A stretch of 64,000 nucleotides of DNA, taken from assembly GCA_051362555.1 (NCBI GenBank), contig CM120642.1, forward strand, positions 5,704,001-5,768,000, read 5' to 3'. The position numbers and the translations under genes are program-made. Positions 12,615-24,621 of the stretch are shown here, one piece after another. The first letter of the stretch is position 1. The number at the start of each line of letters is the position of its first letter. This DNA comes from Lingula anatina. Its lineage: Eukaryota; Animalia; Brachiopoda. The notes below the pieces were generated by a model. The model was not told the origin of the DNA. It saw only the letters and a program-made list of their open reading frames with translations, and did no database searches.

Positions 12615-13836
12615 CAGTTCTGCAACACACTTGGAAATGGTTTTTACGTCCACATTTCTTACAAATCTTTCCATAGGCAGGGCATTTACCTTTGGCATGC
12701 TTTGAGTTACAGTATGTGCAAAGTTTCTCTTTTTCTTTTCCTTTTTTCTCGCTGTCTCTTGAATGAGTGGCTTTGGTGTGAATTGTAGGTGCTTTTTTCT
12801 TATATTTACCTGCACTTCGCTGAGTTGCATGGACTTTTTCATCAACGCTCACCCTGTGCTGTTTTGATAGCTCACTTGCCCTCAGCACTTCAACACACCT
12901 GGTTAAATTAGGTACTGGCCTTTCCCTAAGGAGCCTATTTCTTGCATTGTCATCTGATACACTGATAACCAGTCTGTCTCTTATCAATGAATTGCTTAGG
13001 TCTCCATATTCACATGATTCTGCCAATCGTCTAAGTCTGATGACATACTCATCAACTGTTTCATTATCACCCTGAACAGCTTTGTTAAACTTATATCTTT
13101 CAAACAAAACATGTCTTTGGGGAAGAAAATGATCATTCAGTTTATTAATAATCACCGTGTGGTCTCGTTTATCCTCTTCTGTCACGTCGGGCAGAGCATT
13201 CAGAATCTTGAGACACGAGGCGCCCATTACAGAACATAGCGTAGCTGCTACTATTCTTTTTCCTTCCTCCGAGGGCTGCTCATTTACCGTCAACTTCGAA
13301 TGAAGATCTGTTGCTATCACATAGTTCTCCCAGGCGTTTTTAAATTCTTTCCAGTTCTCCACAACATCCCCTTTTACATTCATAGGTGCCGGGGCGGGAA
13401 TCTGATAGGTCGCCATTATGACTATTCCGAATCTTGAATTTCTTCTTTATTTTGAAAGAAAGTCACTTACTAACGGCTTTTCCCGACTTCTTGTGGGTTA
13501 CGAATTTGTCAGTCTGACAGGACTTCTGACACCATGTTCGTCGTTGCTTCTTTAGCTCGACTATCCAAAGACACGCGGTCTCACACATTGTTCAGACCAG
13601 TATATTTTAAATTTCCTTTGATCAGAGTCGCGGGCATGTGCACGCGGCTCAATTAAATTTGTACTGGGTTCTTTAATATACCACCGGGTATAAAATTACT
13701 TCTAAGGGCTCTAACGCAAACTTGAAGTTCCAAGGTTCGGTACACGATTCCCGACTTGAGTTATGCTCAGGGAGAATAGCAACGCAACACCACTGTTTCG
13801 TTACAAAATCACAAAAACTGAATTTCATTTTTTTTT

Positions 13837-14497
13837 ATCTGAGACTGAAGATGTGAGGTTGTTCTGTTATGCTTCTCTGTGCACGTAAAGTGAAAGACTG
13901 AGTCGAATCTGGAGTCATGTCGGAGCCCATAGATTAGTTAATTCGTTAATGGAAATTGATACACTGGAATTCAGTACAGTTATAAATTAAAGTTAAAGTC
14001 ATTTTAGACGGTTCACAACACGTGTTGAATCCTGCACTAATTCCACATTGTGTATTCAGAGTTAATCAACGTATTATTATATAATTTGCATCTGTCCTGC
14101 ATAGATAAATATTATTTTCGGTAGAGGCCCATAGGTAGGCCTATTCCTTAGGCAGATGCATATCACCTGTTAATATTGCACAACAATTAGTATGTAAATA
14201 AGTAGCAGCCACATGTACACGCATGTAAATAAGTAGCAGCCACATGTACACATAGATTCCCTGTAGATAATCTGTATATAACTTAAAGCTTGTCCATAAT
14301 AAAGACACTTTTGATCTGAGACTGAAGATGTGAGGTTGTTCTGTTATGCTTCTCTGTGCACGTAAAGTGAAAGACTGAGTCGAATCTGGAGTCATGTCGG
14401 AGCCCATAGATTAGTTAATTCGTTAATGGAAATTGATACACTGGAATTCAGTACAGTTATAAATTAAAGTTAAAGTCATTTTAGACGGTTCACAACA
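13837..14497. repeat. 184-bp direct duplication inside the Mag 5' LTR (13837-14020 and 14314-14497)
   Basis: Block ATCTGAGACTGAAG...GGTTCACAACA read twice, no mismatch seen. Confidence 0.92.
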
Positions 14498-14669
14498 TAT
14501 TTTTGGCGAGCTCGAGCCAGTAAATTTTCACAAAAAACGTGCACGGAGGAAAATAACGAATAACAAATGGAATCCAGAAAACGCATGTTTCACGTTCAAC
14601 CCTTTATTCAATCTCCTTCTACTAGAGGATACGCATATAACTCTAATCAAGACAATCAACTGCACAACA

Positions 14670-14798
14670 GCTTGTGGACGGTATTTATTGCTTGTGGACT
14701 GTTGTGTGGACAGTAATTAGTGCTTGTGGACGGTAGTGTTCGGTAGTGTTCGGATGTTCTCTGTTGTCCTCGGTTGTCGACGGTAATTAGGTACACCC
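14670..14798. mobile_element. Right terminus of an unclassified (possibly Mutator-like) DNA transposon into which the LTR element inserted
   Basis: Short GCTTGTGGAC / GGTAGTGTTC repeats ending in GGTAATTAGGTACACCC. The partner end is not in the window. Confidence 0.4.
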
Positions 14799-14930
14799 TT
14801 TAAAAAAACGACGTAAGCGACCTTTTAGATTCTTTGTGAAACGGGACTTAGTGACGTAACGACTTAATTACGTTGGTAACCAAGCTCTTAGTCAGGTAAA
14901 GCGACTTAAGTTTTTTTGTGAAACGGGGGC
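14799..14930. mobile_element. Right terminus of a Harbinger-type element
   Basis: ...TTTGTGAAACGGGGGC followed by CAG (14931-14933); same TTTGTGAAAC terminal motif as the Harbinger derivative at 54898-55552. Confidence 0.6.
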
Positions 14931-14982
14931 CAGAACAGTCTGTCCGCAGATTTCGAGCTGCGTGTGCACACTGGCTGAAGCG

Positions 14983-17900
14983 CAGCCCGGGAGCCACCGG
15001 CTCATATGACGGTTATTTTGGAGAACATTAGATTTGGCCTCGTTTTCAAAACTTGAAGCGGCGGCTGTACCCAATTTGGCGGGAGGAGCAGGCATAGAGA
15101 CAGGTAAGATGAACAGACGTTTATACGCTGATATGTTGATAATTTTATTAATGCACTTGACAGAATGATAAAGTATATTCTCAAGCTATATTTTATATAC
15201 CATAGTAGTGTTTAAGTATCGGTTTCACTGAATCTTCTATCAAGTTACTGTCGTGTTCCAAAATTGCGGCACACAGAACCCAAATGTAAACACGTTCTTT
15301 TGAATTGTGCCAAATGCAGATAACAATGATTTTTCTTTATCTGTTCAGTTTTTTTAATAGTTTGACATTTGTTTTTGAACAGGTAAAAAATTTAGGTAGG
15401 AACCTAACCTGTAACTTATCGATTTTCTACATTTCCGACAGGTAGTATATTTTGCAATGTTCCGAGTAACTACATGGGCAGTCTTGTGTTAGGCCTACAT
15501 CTTGAATGAATGTCGAAGTTTAATATTGAATTTTTGCATTTTCATGCAATTTTTTTTTTTTTTTTTTTTTTTGTGTTTTGAAGTTAACTAGATTAAATAC
15601 TTCATGAAATGACAGTGTGTGTGGTTGGGGCAATCACAGTAGAGTGAATATGTGGGCAGTCTTGCCTCATGTCTTGTATGAATGTCACAATAAAATATTG
15701 AGAATTTGCCTTCTTATGCTTTTTTTTGTGCTTTGATGTTTATTAATAGAAATGGCTAGCGAAATTACATGCAGTATACTTGATTTTGTATAGATAGATA
15801 TATTATGAGAGGGGGATAGGTCACCTTTGAGGATATGAAAGCCATTTTTTAGATATTCTGCATATTCCTTTTCATGCTATTTCTTTGCATTTTGATTTAA
15901 GTAAGATGAAATAAAACAAAAAATGTAATATTTTGAAATTTCCATGAAAATGGAGTGAAACTTGTATAAACTGATAAAAAATATTTATCATTAATTTATT
16001 ATTATCATGTACAAGAATGCCCAATAAATAATAGGTTTAATATTTTATCTACATTTTTAGACTTTCAGTGACCTAAAGTGTTGACAGTTCAAAGGCTTGT
16101 ATTATAACAATTAAGATGTCAGTGTTACACAGCTGAATATACATGTACATTGCCAAGTAGTGAGTAGCTTTTCATATCACTTGCACATATTTTTTATTTT
16201 ATCATAAATTGAATAATATATCATGCCCAAGAGAAAGCTTAGCTAGGACATTTACCCATGTGTTTTCCTTGTGGTCTATGTCCAAGGTGTGGGAAAGTCG
16301 ATTTATAGTTGTTGGATGTTGATATCAGTGAAAAGCAGTGTTATCTGCCTTGCCTGTGTGTGCATGGGGTGAGTGTGGGGCCACACATGCTTGTAAATTA
16401 TAGTTGTGAAAGATACAAAATTGAAAACCAACCAAAAGCATCTTTTCAAAAATATGAATAACAAATTTTGACCTTTAACATGTTTGCTCCTTTGGCAGGG
16501 TACAAAAACTTGTTAGTCAAAATAAGTTTCATTACATTTTTTACCCCCATTTGTTGACCATTTGCAATACATACGTGCATACTGTGCATTATAAAATGCC
16601 AAGTGCTATAACATTGTGTATATGTTTTCAAATTGTGATAGCCATATCATAGGCAAATTTTTGTTAGAAGGAACAGTTTATTTTTGTTTAAAATCTCACA
16701 CACACACAAACACATGGGTTATAAGCATGTGAGGGAAAAATGTTTCATAAAAAAGGAATATTATATTAACAAAATTCCTCCTTTGTTTTAATTTATAAAT
16801 ATTGTGTACCAGTACAATAATTAGTGTATAACAGTTGTGAACACTGTAGTTTGTAGACTTCAGAGCTTCATTTAAATGGGAATTTAATTGATTTGAAGAT
16901 TTGCATGTGTGCCACTGCTCAGCTCTTGATGATGAGCTCATTGATCAATATTGATACACTTTTAGAGTACTATTTTAGATATTTCGATTGATACCAGCTT
17001 CCCTAGCTATTATCAAGATTGTGGTTGATTATTTATACTGATTTTAGTGTTTGTTGTTGTTGTTGTTGTTGTTGTTGTGTTTGTAAAGATATATGCAGTT
17101 AGAAAAGTGTTTTTGAATGTTACTTTTTAAATCTTTTTAATGTTTTAATCTAATATTTTTCTAGGCTTGAAGAACATGAAAGGGACCAGGATTAATCATT
17201 TTGCCATTCCTTGGCAATTATGACAGAAGCTCAAGCACCTATCATGAAGCCATAAATAAAGTTATTTAATCCTTTTAAAACTGAAAACATTCTTTTAAAA
17301 CTTGGTTACAGTTCTTTCCAATGAATAAAATACATTAACAGATTCATGTAATACCATTATAAATGTGGAAGTTTTTAAATGAAGTTTGGCTGTGAAATCA
17401 CCTCTATGACACTTACAAAAATAAATTCAAATGAAAATACAGACTGGTACAGGGCTAACTGGTATCAGTGAAATAAATTGCTTATCCCAGGTAAATTTAT
17501 AAAATTATATTAATTGTTTATATTGAGCCTGTTTTTAAAAGGAGTAGTGTGTCTTGTGGCTATATCAGTATGTTATGATCAAGAAGTGTACAATAATTGC
17601 CATATTAATGTGTTGCTAAAGTAAAAAATAACTTTTGCCACAAATATACATGTATATTTGCATCAGCTTTAATCCCTGTTGGCTGTCACAATATTGATAT
17701 TTTTGTTGATGATTTTATGTTTTAAATGTTTTATAGTTGTTCACATGTAAAAAAAAAAAAGCAAATTCAGTTGATAAAAATGTCTTGTTTGTTTTGTTTT
17801 TATTAGTCTTTCAATGAAAATAAACTGGCAGCGGGTGGCCTCATGTAATAGATAAATGCCTATTTACAAAAAAAAATGAAATGTTTATATTTTCATTTCC

Positions 17901-18470
17901 TCCATTCTTCCTGTGCAAGCCTCTCTTCTCTATATAGACAATATTGTGCGGGTGGAGAATTCAAAACGAGGTTAGATTACAACAAGAATGTACTAAGTCA
18001 AAACGAGGCTGGCTTACGGTTGTTGAAAGTACGATTTTTTTACATACACGGGTGTGAATTGATTTGTGCCATTCCTGGATAACGGTAAAGTTCCTTACAT
18101 GCTTACATTGACAGAAAGCTGAATAAATTTGCCATAACTTACTGATAATTTGAAGTTGGAACCTGTTCTCTAAGAATGCAAGCATTAGAGGTAAAGTTGA
18201 ACTCCCGTTACAGCTTTGGTAAAACTTCGATTTCAAATTCACTTTTGAGCACAAAATAGGGTTTAGATCAACTCGAGGAACATCTCACATCATTTGAAAT
18301 TTATTTCTAAAGATGACAGTATACATAACAAAACTGTCATACCCTTAGTAGTCGAGATATTCTACCGTTTCTGACACCCTATAAATCTAAAAAAATGCAC
18401 GCAATTCAAATTCTAGAACTTCCGGTTTGGTTAAAAGCCACCTGGAGGCAGACCGGTGGATCCCGGGCTG
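14983..18470. mobile_element. Non-autonomous Academ-type DNA transposon (3488 bp)
   Basis: TIR CAGCCCGGGAGCCACCGG / CCGGTGGATCCCGGGCTG (1 mismatch in 18); 3-bp TSD GCG at 14980-82 and 18471-73; YAG...CTR termini; AT-rich interior with no recognisable ORF. Confidence 0.75.
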
Positions 18471-18914
18471 GCGACGGCCATTTTCGCACTACTTTCAGCA
18501 AAATCGAGCGAAAATGGATGACTTTTGAGTTCTTCGTATTTCCATGTGTATTTTGTCAACAGTTGGTGTGATTAAACGATAGATACATAAAAAGAAGCGG
18601 GAATATCTAAGGATTCGGAATTTTAAGGTTAGGTCTCATAAAAAATAGATTCAGAACGGTAAAATGGAAGATTTATCGGTACTTTTGTAGTATACCCCCC
18701 CCCCCCACCCTGTAACTTCCTGTAATTTTCACTTTTCAAACAGTTTTTTTACATTTTCTTGCTCATCTTTGTCAAAGCTGTTGAAATAAAATGCGTTTGT
18801 AATTACCTGTGGTCTTTTTCGAGTTTTAATCGCGTTTAATCCAGCCCATTGAAATGTGAGAATGGACCATGCATCCGCAGTCAATAATTTGCTGCGTTTT
18901 CATTGACTAACTAA

Positions 18915-19832
18915 GGTAACATGACTTGTCGTTATTTACGTACAAAGCGCCATCGATGGAGGGGAAAACACTTAAAACAGTTTCTAAAAGCGATTTACCA
19001 AATGTGAAAATCGCTTTTAAACAGTTCTTTTAAAGCGATTTTCAAAGTTTGTAAACAAACAATTAACATTTATTCATTAAAGAAACATGTAATATATGTA
19101 ATTATCACATCTGTGATCTTAATTAAACATTTAAAGCCATGAAAGTTTGCAGACAAACAAAAAACATTTATTTATCAAAGCAACATTTAAGGAATGTCAT
19201 TATCACATTTGTGAACTAATTTAACATTTAAAACCATGAGTTGGGAGTTCAAAAATAAAAAAGTCAGATAAATGTTAATGTTTTTATCATAACATATTAT
19301 ATATATTATCAGTGATTTCTGTTCAGAACAGTACATTTAATTACAGTCATGTAAATTTCAAGTCACTGTGGATATTCCACTCTTATGTGTTCCAGGATAT
19401 TTTGAAATGGATTGTCACCAAAAGAAAGGCGCCACATGAACTCAGTCATATAGCTTTCCAGCTGGGACCTGGCTGTCCCACCCTCCTTTTTGTTTTGCCT
19501 CTTGGCCCTCTGCCACATTTTCTCTACTAGGTTGGTGTGGGCTCCAGTGGTAGGGTCAACAAAGTTGACTTGGTGATTCACTGTCAAGTGTTGGTATCCC
19601 AGATTGCCTACAGCGTTATAGGCTGCCCACAGGTCTGACACCACTGTTGTGCCTGGAAGAACGAACTGCTGCAACACTGGTAACAGGGTGGCTGCATCCC
19701 TGCGTGGAACTGGTACCAGGAATCATTCTTTGGACTCTTCATCTATGCCGCCAAATACCCACTGGGCAGCAACTTGCCGGCCTCTGTTGTGTTTCCGGCG
19801 AACAAAGTGGGATTCGTCAATCTGAACTGTTC
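18915..19832 (-). mobile_element. Merlin (IS1595/ISXO2-like) transposon, 5'-truncated
   Basis: Probable terminus GGTAACATGAC at 18915, downstream of the transposase remnant; other end not found. Confidence 0.7.
19363..19830 (-). pseudogene. Merlin/ISXO2 DDE transposase catalytic domain, one in-frame stop
   Basis: VQIDESHFVRRKHNRGR..QWVFGG..E*FLVPVPRRDAATL..VVSDLWAAY..HLTVNH..FVDPTTGAHTNLVEKMW..YMTEFMWR. Confidence 0.92.
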
Positions 19833-20495
19833 TCGAGGAGATAGATATCATCGTGAGCGAGGTGTCTTCCAATCCTACTCTTTTTTACCAACTGTCAAAC
19901 ACTGTAACTCAAAAATCGAAGGAGGAGATTTGGAAAAGGATAACTCAAAAATAAGCAGACACTTTTATTTTCATACTTAAAAAAACCCTTAATAATACCT
20001 ACCCCCTGCCCCTTTTAGTTAATAAAGGGGGGTGGGTGCCTAGCGTTGCACCCCGTGTTGCTTGTGTAATTTCGTAACAGCAAATCCCATACTAGTAAAA
20101 TTAATAATAATACAGCTTTAAAAGTTGAATTTTTTTATTTCTGAAAATATGTAGTTTCTTTCCCCTAAAAACTGGTGAAAGTATCAAGAAGTAAATTAAA
20201 TTAAATTAAATTAAATTAAATTAATTACTGTGATTTATACAGGTATATATTGTTATATTTTTTAAATCAGGATCAACAGTGTTTCCTTGAATGTAAGGAA
20301 ATTTACTGAAGTAAGAAAGAAGTGGTAGGACTACTTTAGTCGTACCAAAAGAATAAAAAAGCGGAGAGAAGAAAGGAGATGAGGAGGACTGGGGGAGGGC
20401 CAGAACCTCCCCAGCTTACAGCTAGGGAGCAAATAGTATGTTTTTAAAAATTTATTTTCAAATTATTATTTAAAAAAAAAAGTGTGCCCTGTTTC

Positions 20496-20549
<54 letters not shown>

Positions 20550-21037
20550 ATTTTTTAATGTATTTTGTCCAGGTCATAGAGATCATTGGAGATGTGGCGG
20601 TGGAGGGTGTGCAAGGGCTGGAGCAGAATGACTCTTTCTGCTTTGAATCTGGTACTACTGATTATGATTTATTAGATTTATATCCATTTAACTATTAATT
20701 TGCATTTCTATGAAGTAGTACGTGTATATCATAGAGTTTGATATAATAAAATTTGAGTGAATGTTTTAATAATTGATTTTTTTTCTTCAAGATCAGTGTG
20801 AGTTTACCACAGAACTTCCATGTGACCCAGGTAATAATAATATAAATACCATTTACTGTTTAAAATTGCATGTCTTGAATATAAATGGGATGAAGGAAAT
20901 GATTATGTCATACAAAGGAGAAATAATGATTTTATAAGCCATATCTATTTTCTATGTTTTCTACTGTTTTCTAAAGTTTTTTTTTTTTATTCAGAAGATG
21001 GTACAAGTTTTGAGACTTCAAGTCCAATTTCTGGTAT

Positions 21038-22333
21038 TAGTCCATGAGCCAAAGGCCAAAAAATCCAATTTGGCTGCACCCCCCGTCAGGCAAAGGTTTT
21101 ATGATTGATTCTTGTAGTTTAGAACCTGAATTTTTCATTTCTGCTTGTTTCCGGCTTGAAAAAGTGTCCGTTTGTACCGGAAACAGGCCAAATCAAAGAT
21201 GGCCGCCAGTAAATTCATGTGTCAACTGTAAATACAAAATTTGATTTAAAAGTTACTTAACAACTTAATGTTATCAAAATTTGCACTGATCACAAGTACT
21301 TTGGCCTTCTTTGATTTTTCAGGCACTTTACATTTTTCAAGATGGTGACTGAATCCAAGATGGCGGCCATTTTCCTTACTTTTTGTGAAAAAATACAAAT
21401 ACCTAAATTTGAAATTTTTTTTTATTAACCAAAAATTAGGAATATTTTACATGTTTTGATGTATTTGAATAAGTTGAAGTCTATATTTTTAATTTTTACC
21501 AGTTAATTTATCACAGAATTGTACATTTGAACACAGATGGCTCTAATCCAAGATGGCCACCACATAAAATGGGCTTTTTGTTTTGATATGTCAACAAGCC
21601 TTTCTTAATATAAAACATCTCAGACTACTTAATGGAGGATTTATTGCACAGGTCATGGTATGAAATGTATGACTGAATAATTTAAATTGTTTTGAGATTT
21701 TGTTCAGGGTATAAAAATCCAAAATGGCCGCCAATTTCTGGATTCAAAACTTACATTATTTTGATTTGCATGTTAAAAAACATTAAATTGAATAATAAGT
21801 AAATTAAAAACAATTTTTTTGATAAATTTATCTGTATTGCAATGTCATTTTGCTTCTAAGACACTTTATTCTACCAAAAAGTGGTTAATTTTTCTTCATT
21901 TATCATGATTCCAAGTTTGCCATTGATAAAAATGAACTGCACACTACCCGTATGGACAATACCACATGTTGTGAGCCTTACTTAAAAGGCTATTTCTGAG
22001 CTTTATTGTTCAAGTAATGGAATGGAATATATAACTGAATGATTAAAAAATGGTTTTAGGCTTGTAGTATAGGGTTGAAAAGTCCAAAATGGCCGTCAAT
22101 TTCTGGATTCAAAACAAACGACATTTTGATTTGCATGTTGAAAAGCATCAAATTGAATGATGGGCAAATGATTAAAGACTATATTTTGATAAACTGCTGA
22201 TAAACTTTTACTGTTTAGAATCTAATTTTTCCAAAAAGTAATTATCTAAGCTCCAATCATCAAAAATATCCAAGATGGCCACCAACAAAAATGAATTTTA
22301 GGTAAACATGGATGAAAACACACTGTTGAGTCG

Positions 22334-22413
<80 letters not shown>

Positions 22414-24561
22414 TGTACTTAATAAGGTTGAGTGAATCACAAATGCTTTGCCGTTTTCTTGAACAGAAATTGATGCATAACACACAAGGGACAGCAATTT
22501 TTTTTCAGCAGCAACTATATAGGTTAGTAAAATGACAATTTTCAATATTGCAGACAAAATGCATGCCCAAAACGCCCTAAAAGAGTGACGTACATCATTT
22601 ACAACTTAAGGATCAATAGTTTGTTATATGGGGGTGGGCTGTAAAATTTAATTTTCATATGATAGCACTTCTATTGTTACATTTCAAATGGACCTGGGTT
22701 ACTGGTACATTGCTTGTTGAAAGTTCCCTGTCAAGCTTGACGAAAGAGCCAGGATCTCAGTCAAAAAAGGGACTTACTAGTAGTAGTGATAAGATTTCTC
22801 ACATTCTGCTAGGTGTTGATTGTAAAGAAGAATCAGAATTATCCTAACCTCAAGCAACCAAAAGGTAAAATCTTTAATTTATCTGAAAAAAAGGGATGGA
22901 TTACATGCAGCTGTAGCATTATTCTACATGTATAAATCCGTGAAGCAATCACTATCATAAACTAAGGGTGCTTTCCCAGAGATTTAGATCGATCTAGAGA
23001 TTAAGATTTAGATCGACCTAACTCCCTGGGGGTTCACGCTAAATTGTAGTCAGCCAAGCGGGCACCATAGTTAATTACCCCCTTACAGCTTTTAGTAGGC
23101 GGGACAGACGCTTAAGCCGGCCAAGCTGACAGTAATCTAGTGAGACTCCCCACAGGGATAGATCGATCTAAAAATCTATGGAAATGGGGTGTAAGACCAG
23201 CAAAGAAGTTGCAAGAAAATGTCTGTATCTCCAAGAACATCTTTTGTCATTTTTAGGCTAAAAGTAAGTAGATTTTGTTGGTGATCTATTTTTTAATTAG
23301 TTTATTAAGAAAGCAAAGAAGTTGCCAAAAAAATGTCTGGATCTCCAAGAACATCTTTTGTCTCTTTAGAGAACAGTGTTGGATAATAATACATTCAGGG
23401 AACTCATGAAGTGGTGCTGCAAAGTGAAGTACATTGATGGTGAATGATGTATGGCACATGTAAGTGACGATGAGGGAGTTCAAGCACAACATGACAAATG
23501 ATGTTTATGATACAATGTATATATGAGTGCAGGTAATTCTTGCACTTCACGGATAGGTACTGCTCAATATGTTCCATGAATTCTTTTAAAATCCAACATT
23601 ATTCTATTGAGAGGGAAAATATTTGGAGATCCAAACATTGGAGAAACACAGACTAAAACAAACTTTCTTAATAAACTAATTAAAAAATAGATCACCAACA
23701 AAATCTACTTACTTTTAGCCTAAACATGACAAAAGATGTTCTTGGAGATACAGACATTTTCTTGCAACTCCTTTGCTGGTCTTACACCCCATTTCCATAG
23801 ATTTTTAGATCGATCTATCCCTGTGGGGAGTCTCACTAGATTACTGTCAGCTTGGCCGGCTTAAGCGTCTGTCCCGCCTACTAAAAGCTGTAAGGGGGTA
23901 ATTAACTATGGTGCCCGCTTGGCTGACTACAATTTAGCGTGAACCCCCAGGGAGTTAGGTCGATCTAAATCTTAATCTCTAGATCGATCTAAATCTCTGG
24001 GAAAGCACCCTTAGTTTATGATAGTGATTGCTTCACGGATTTATACATGTAGAATAATGCTACAGCTGCATGTTATCCATCCCTTTTTTTCAGATAAATT
24101 AAAGATTTTACCTTTTGGTTGCTTGAGATTAGGATAATTCTGATTCTTCTTTACGATCAACACCTAGCAGAAGGTGAGAAATCGTATCACTACTACTAGT
24201 AAGTCCCTTTTTTGACTGAGATCCTGGCTCTTTCATCAAGCTTGACAGGGAACTTTCAACAAGCAATGTACAGTAACCCAAGTCCATTTGAAATGTAACA
24301 ATAGAAGTGCTATCATATGAAAATTAAATTTTACAGCCCACCCCCCATATAACAAACTATTGATCCTTAAGTTGTAAATGATGTACGTCACTCTTGTTAG
24401 GGCATTTTGGGCTGCATTTTGTCTGATATATTGAAAATTGTCATTTTACTAACCTATATAGTTGCTGCTGAAAAAAATTGCTGTCCCTTGTGTGTAATGC
24501 ATCAATTTCTGTTCAAGAAAACGGCAAAGCATTTGAGATTCACTCAACCTTATTAAGCACA

Positions 24562-24621
<60 letters not shown>

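Larger units (their letters stand above)
5163..13416 (-). pseudogene. gag-pol: Single-ORF gag-pol of the Mag-like element (gag, two Zn knuckles, PR, RT, RNase H, integrase), disrupted
   Basis: Gag 13416-12615; PR LDSGA; RT LDAKDGFFQ...IADD with an in-frame TGA at 9579-9581; RNase H DAS/EKE/TDH/IADMLSR; integrase HHCC, QDLF, TDNGPQF, ANGKAE. Removing the hAT and EnSpm insertions gives one continuous frame. Confidence 0.93.
4649..14669 (-). mobile_element. Ty3/gypsy LTR retrotransposon, Mag-like, with nested insertions
   Basis: 5' LTR 14669-13535 (TG...CA); PBS TGGTGTCAGAAGT at 13534-13522 (tRNA-Leu type); PPT AAAGGAATGGAGA then 3' LTR from 4743, matching 14575-14669 until cut by the Harbinger at 4649. 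Confidence 0.92.

Noticed and set aside
20030-20100. Possible Helitron 3' end (GC-rich stretch then CTAGT)
   Set aside because: No convincing hairpin, 5' end or Rep/helicase sequence found.
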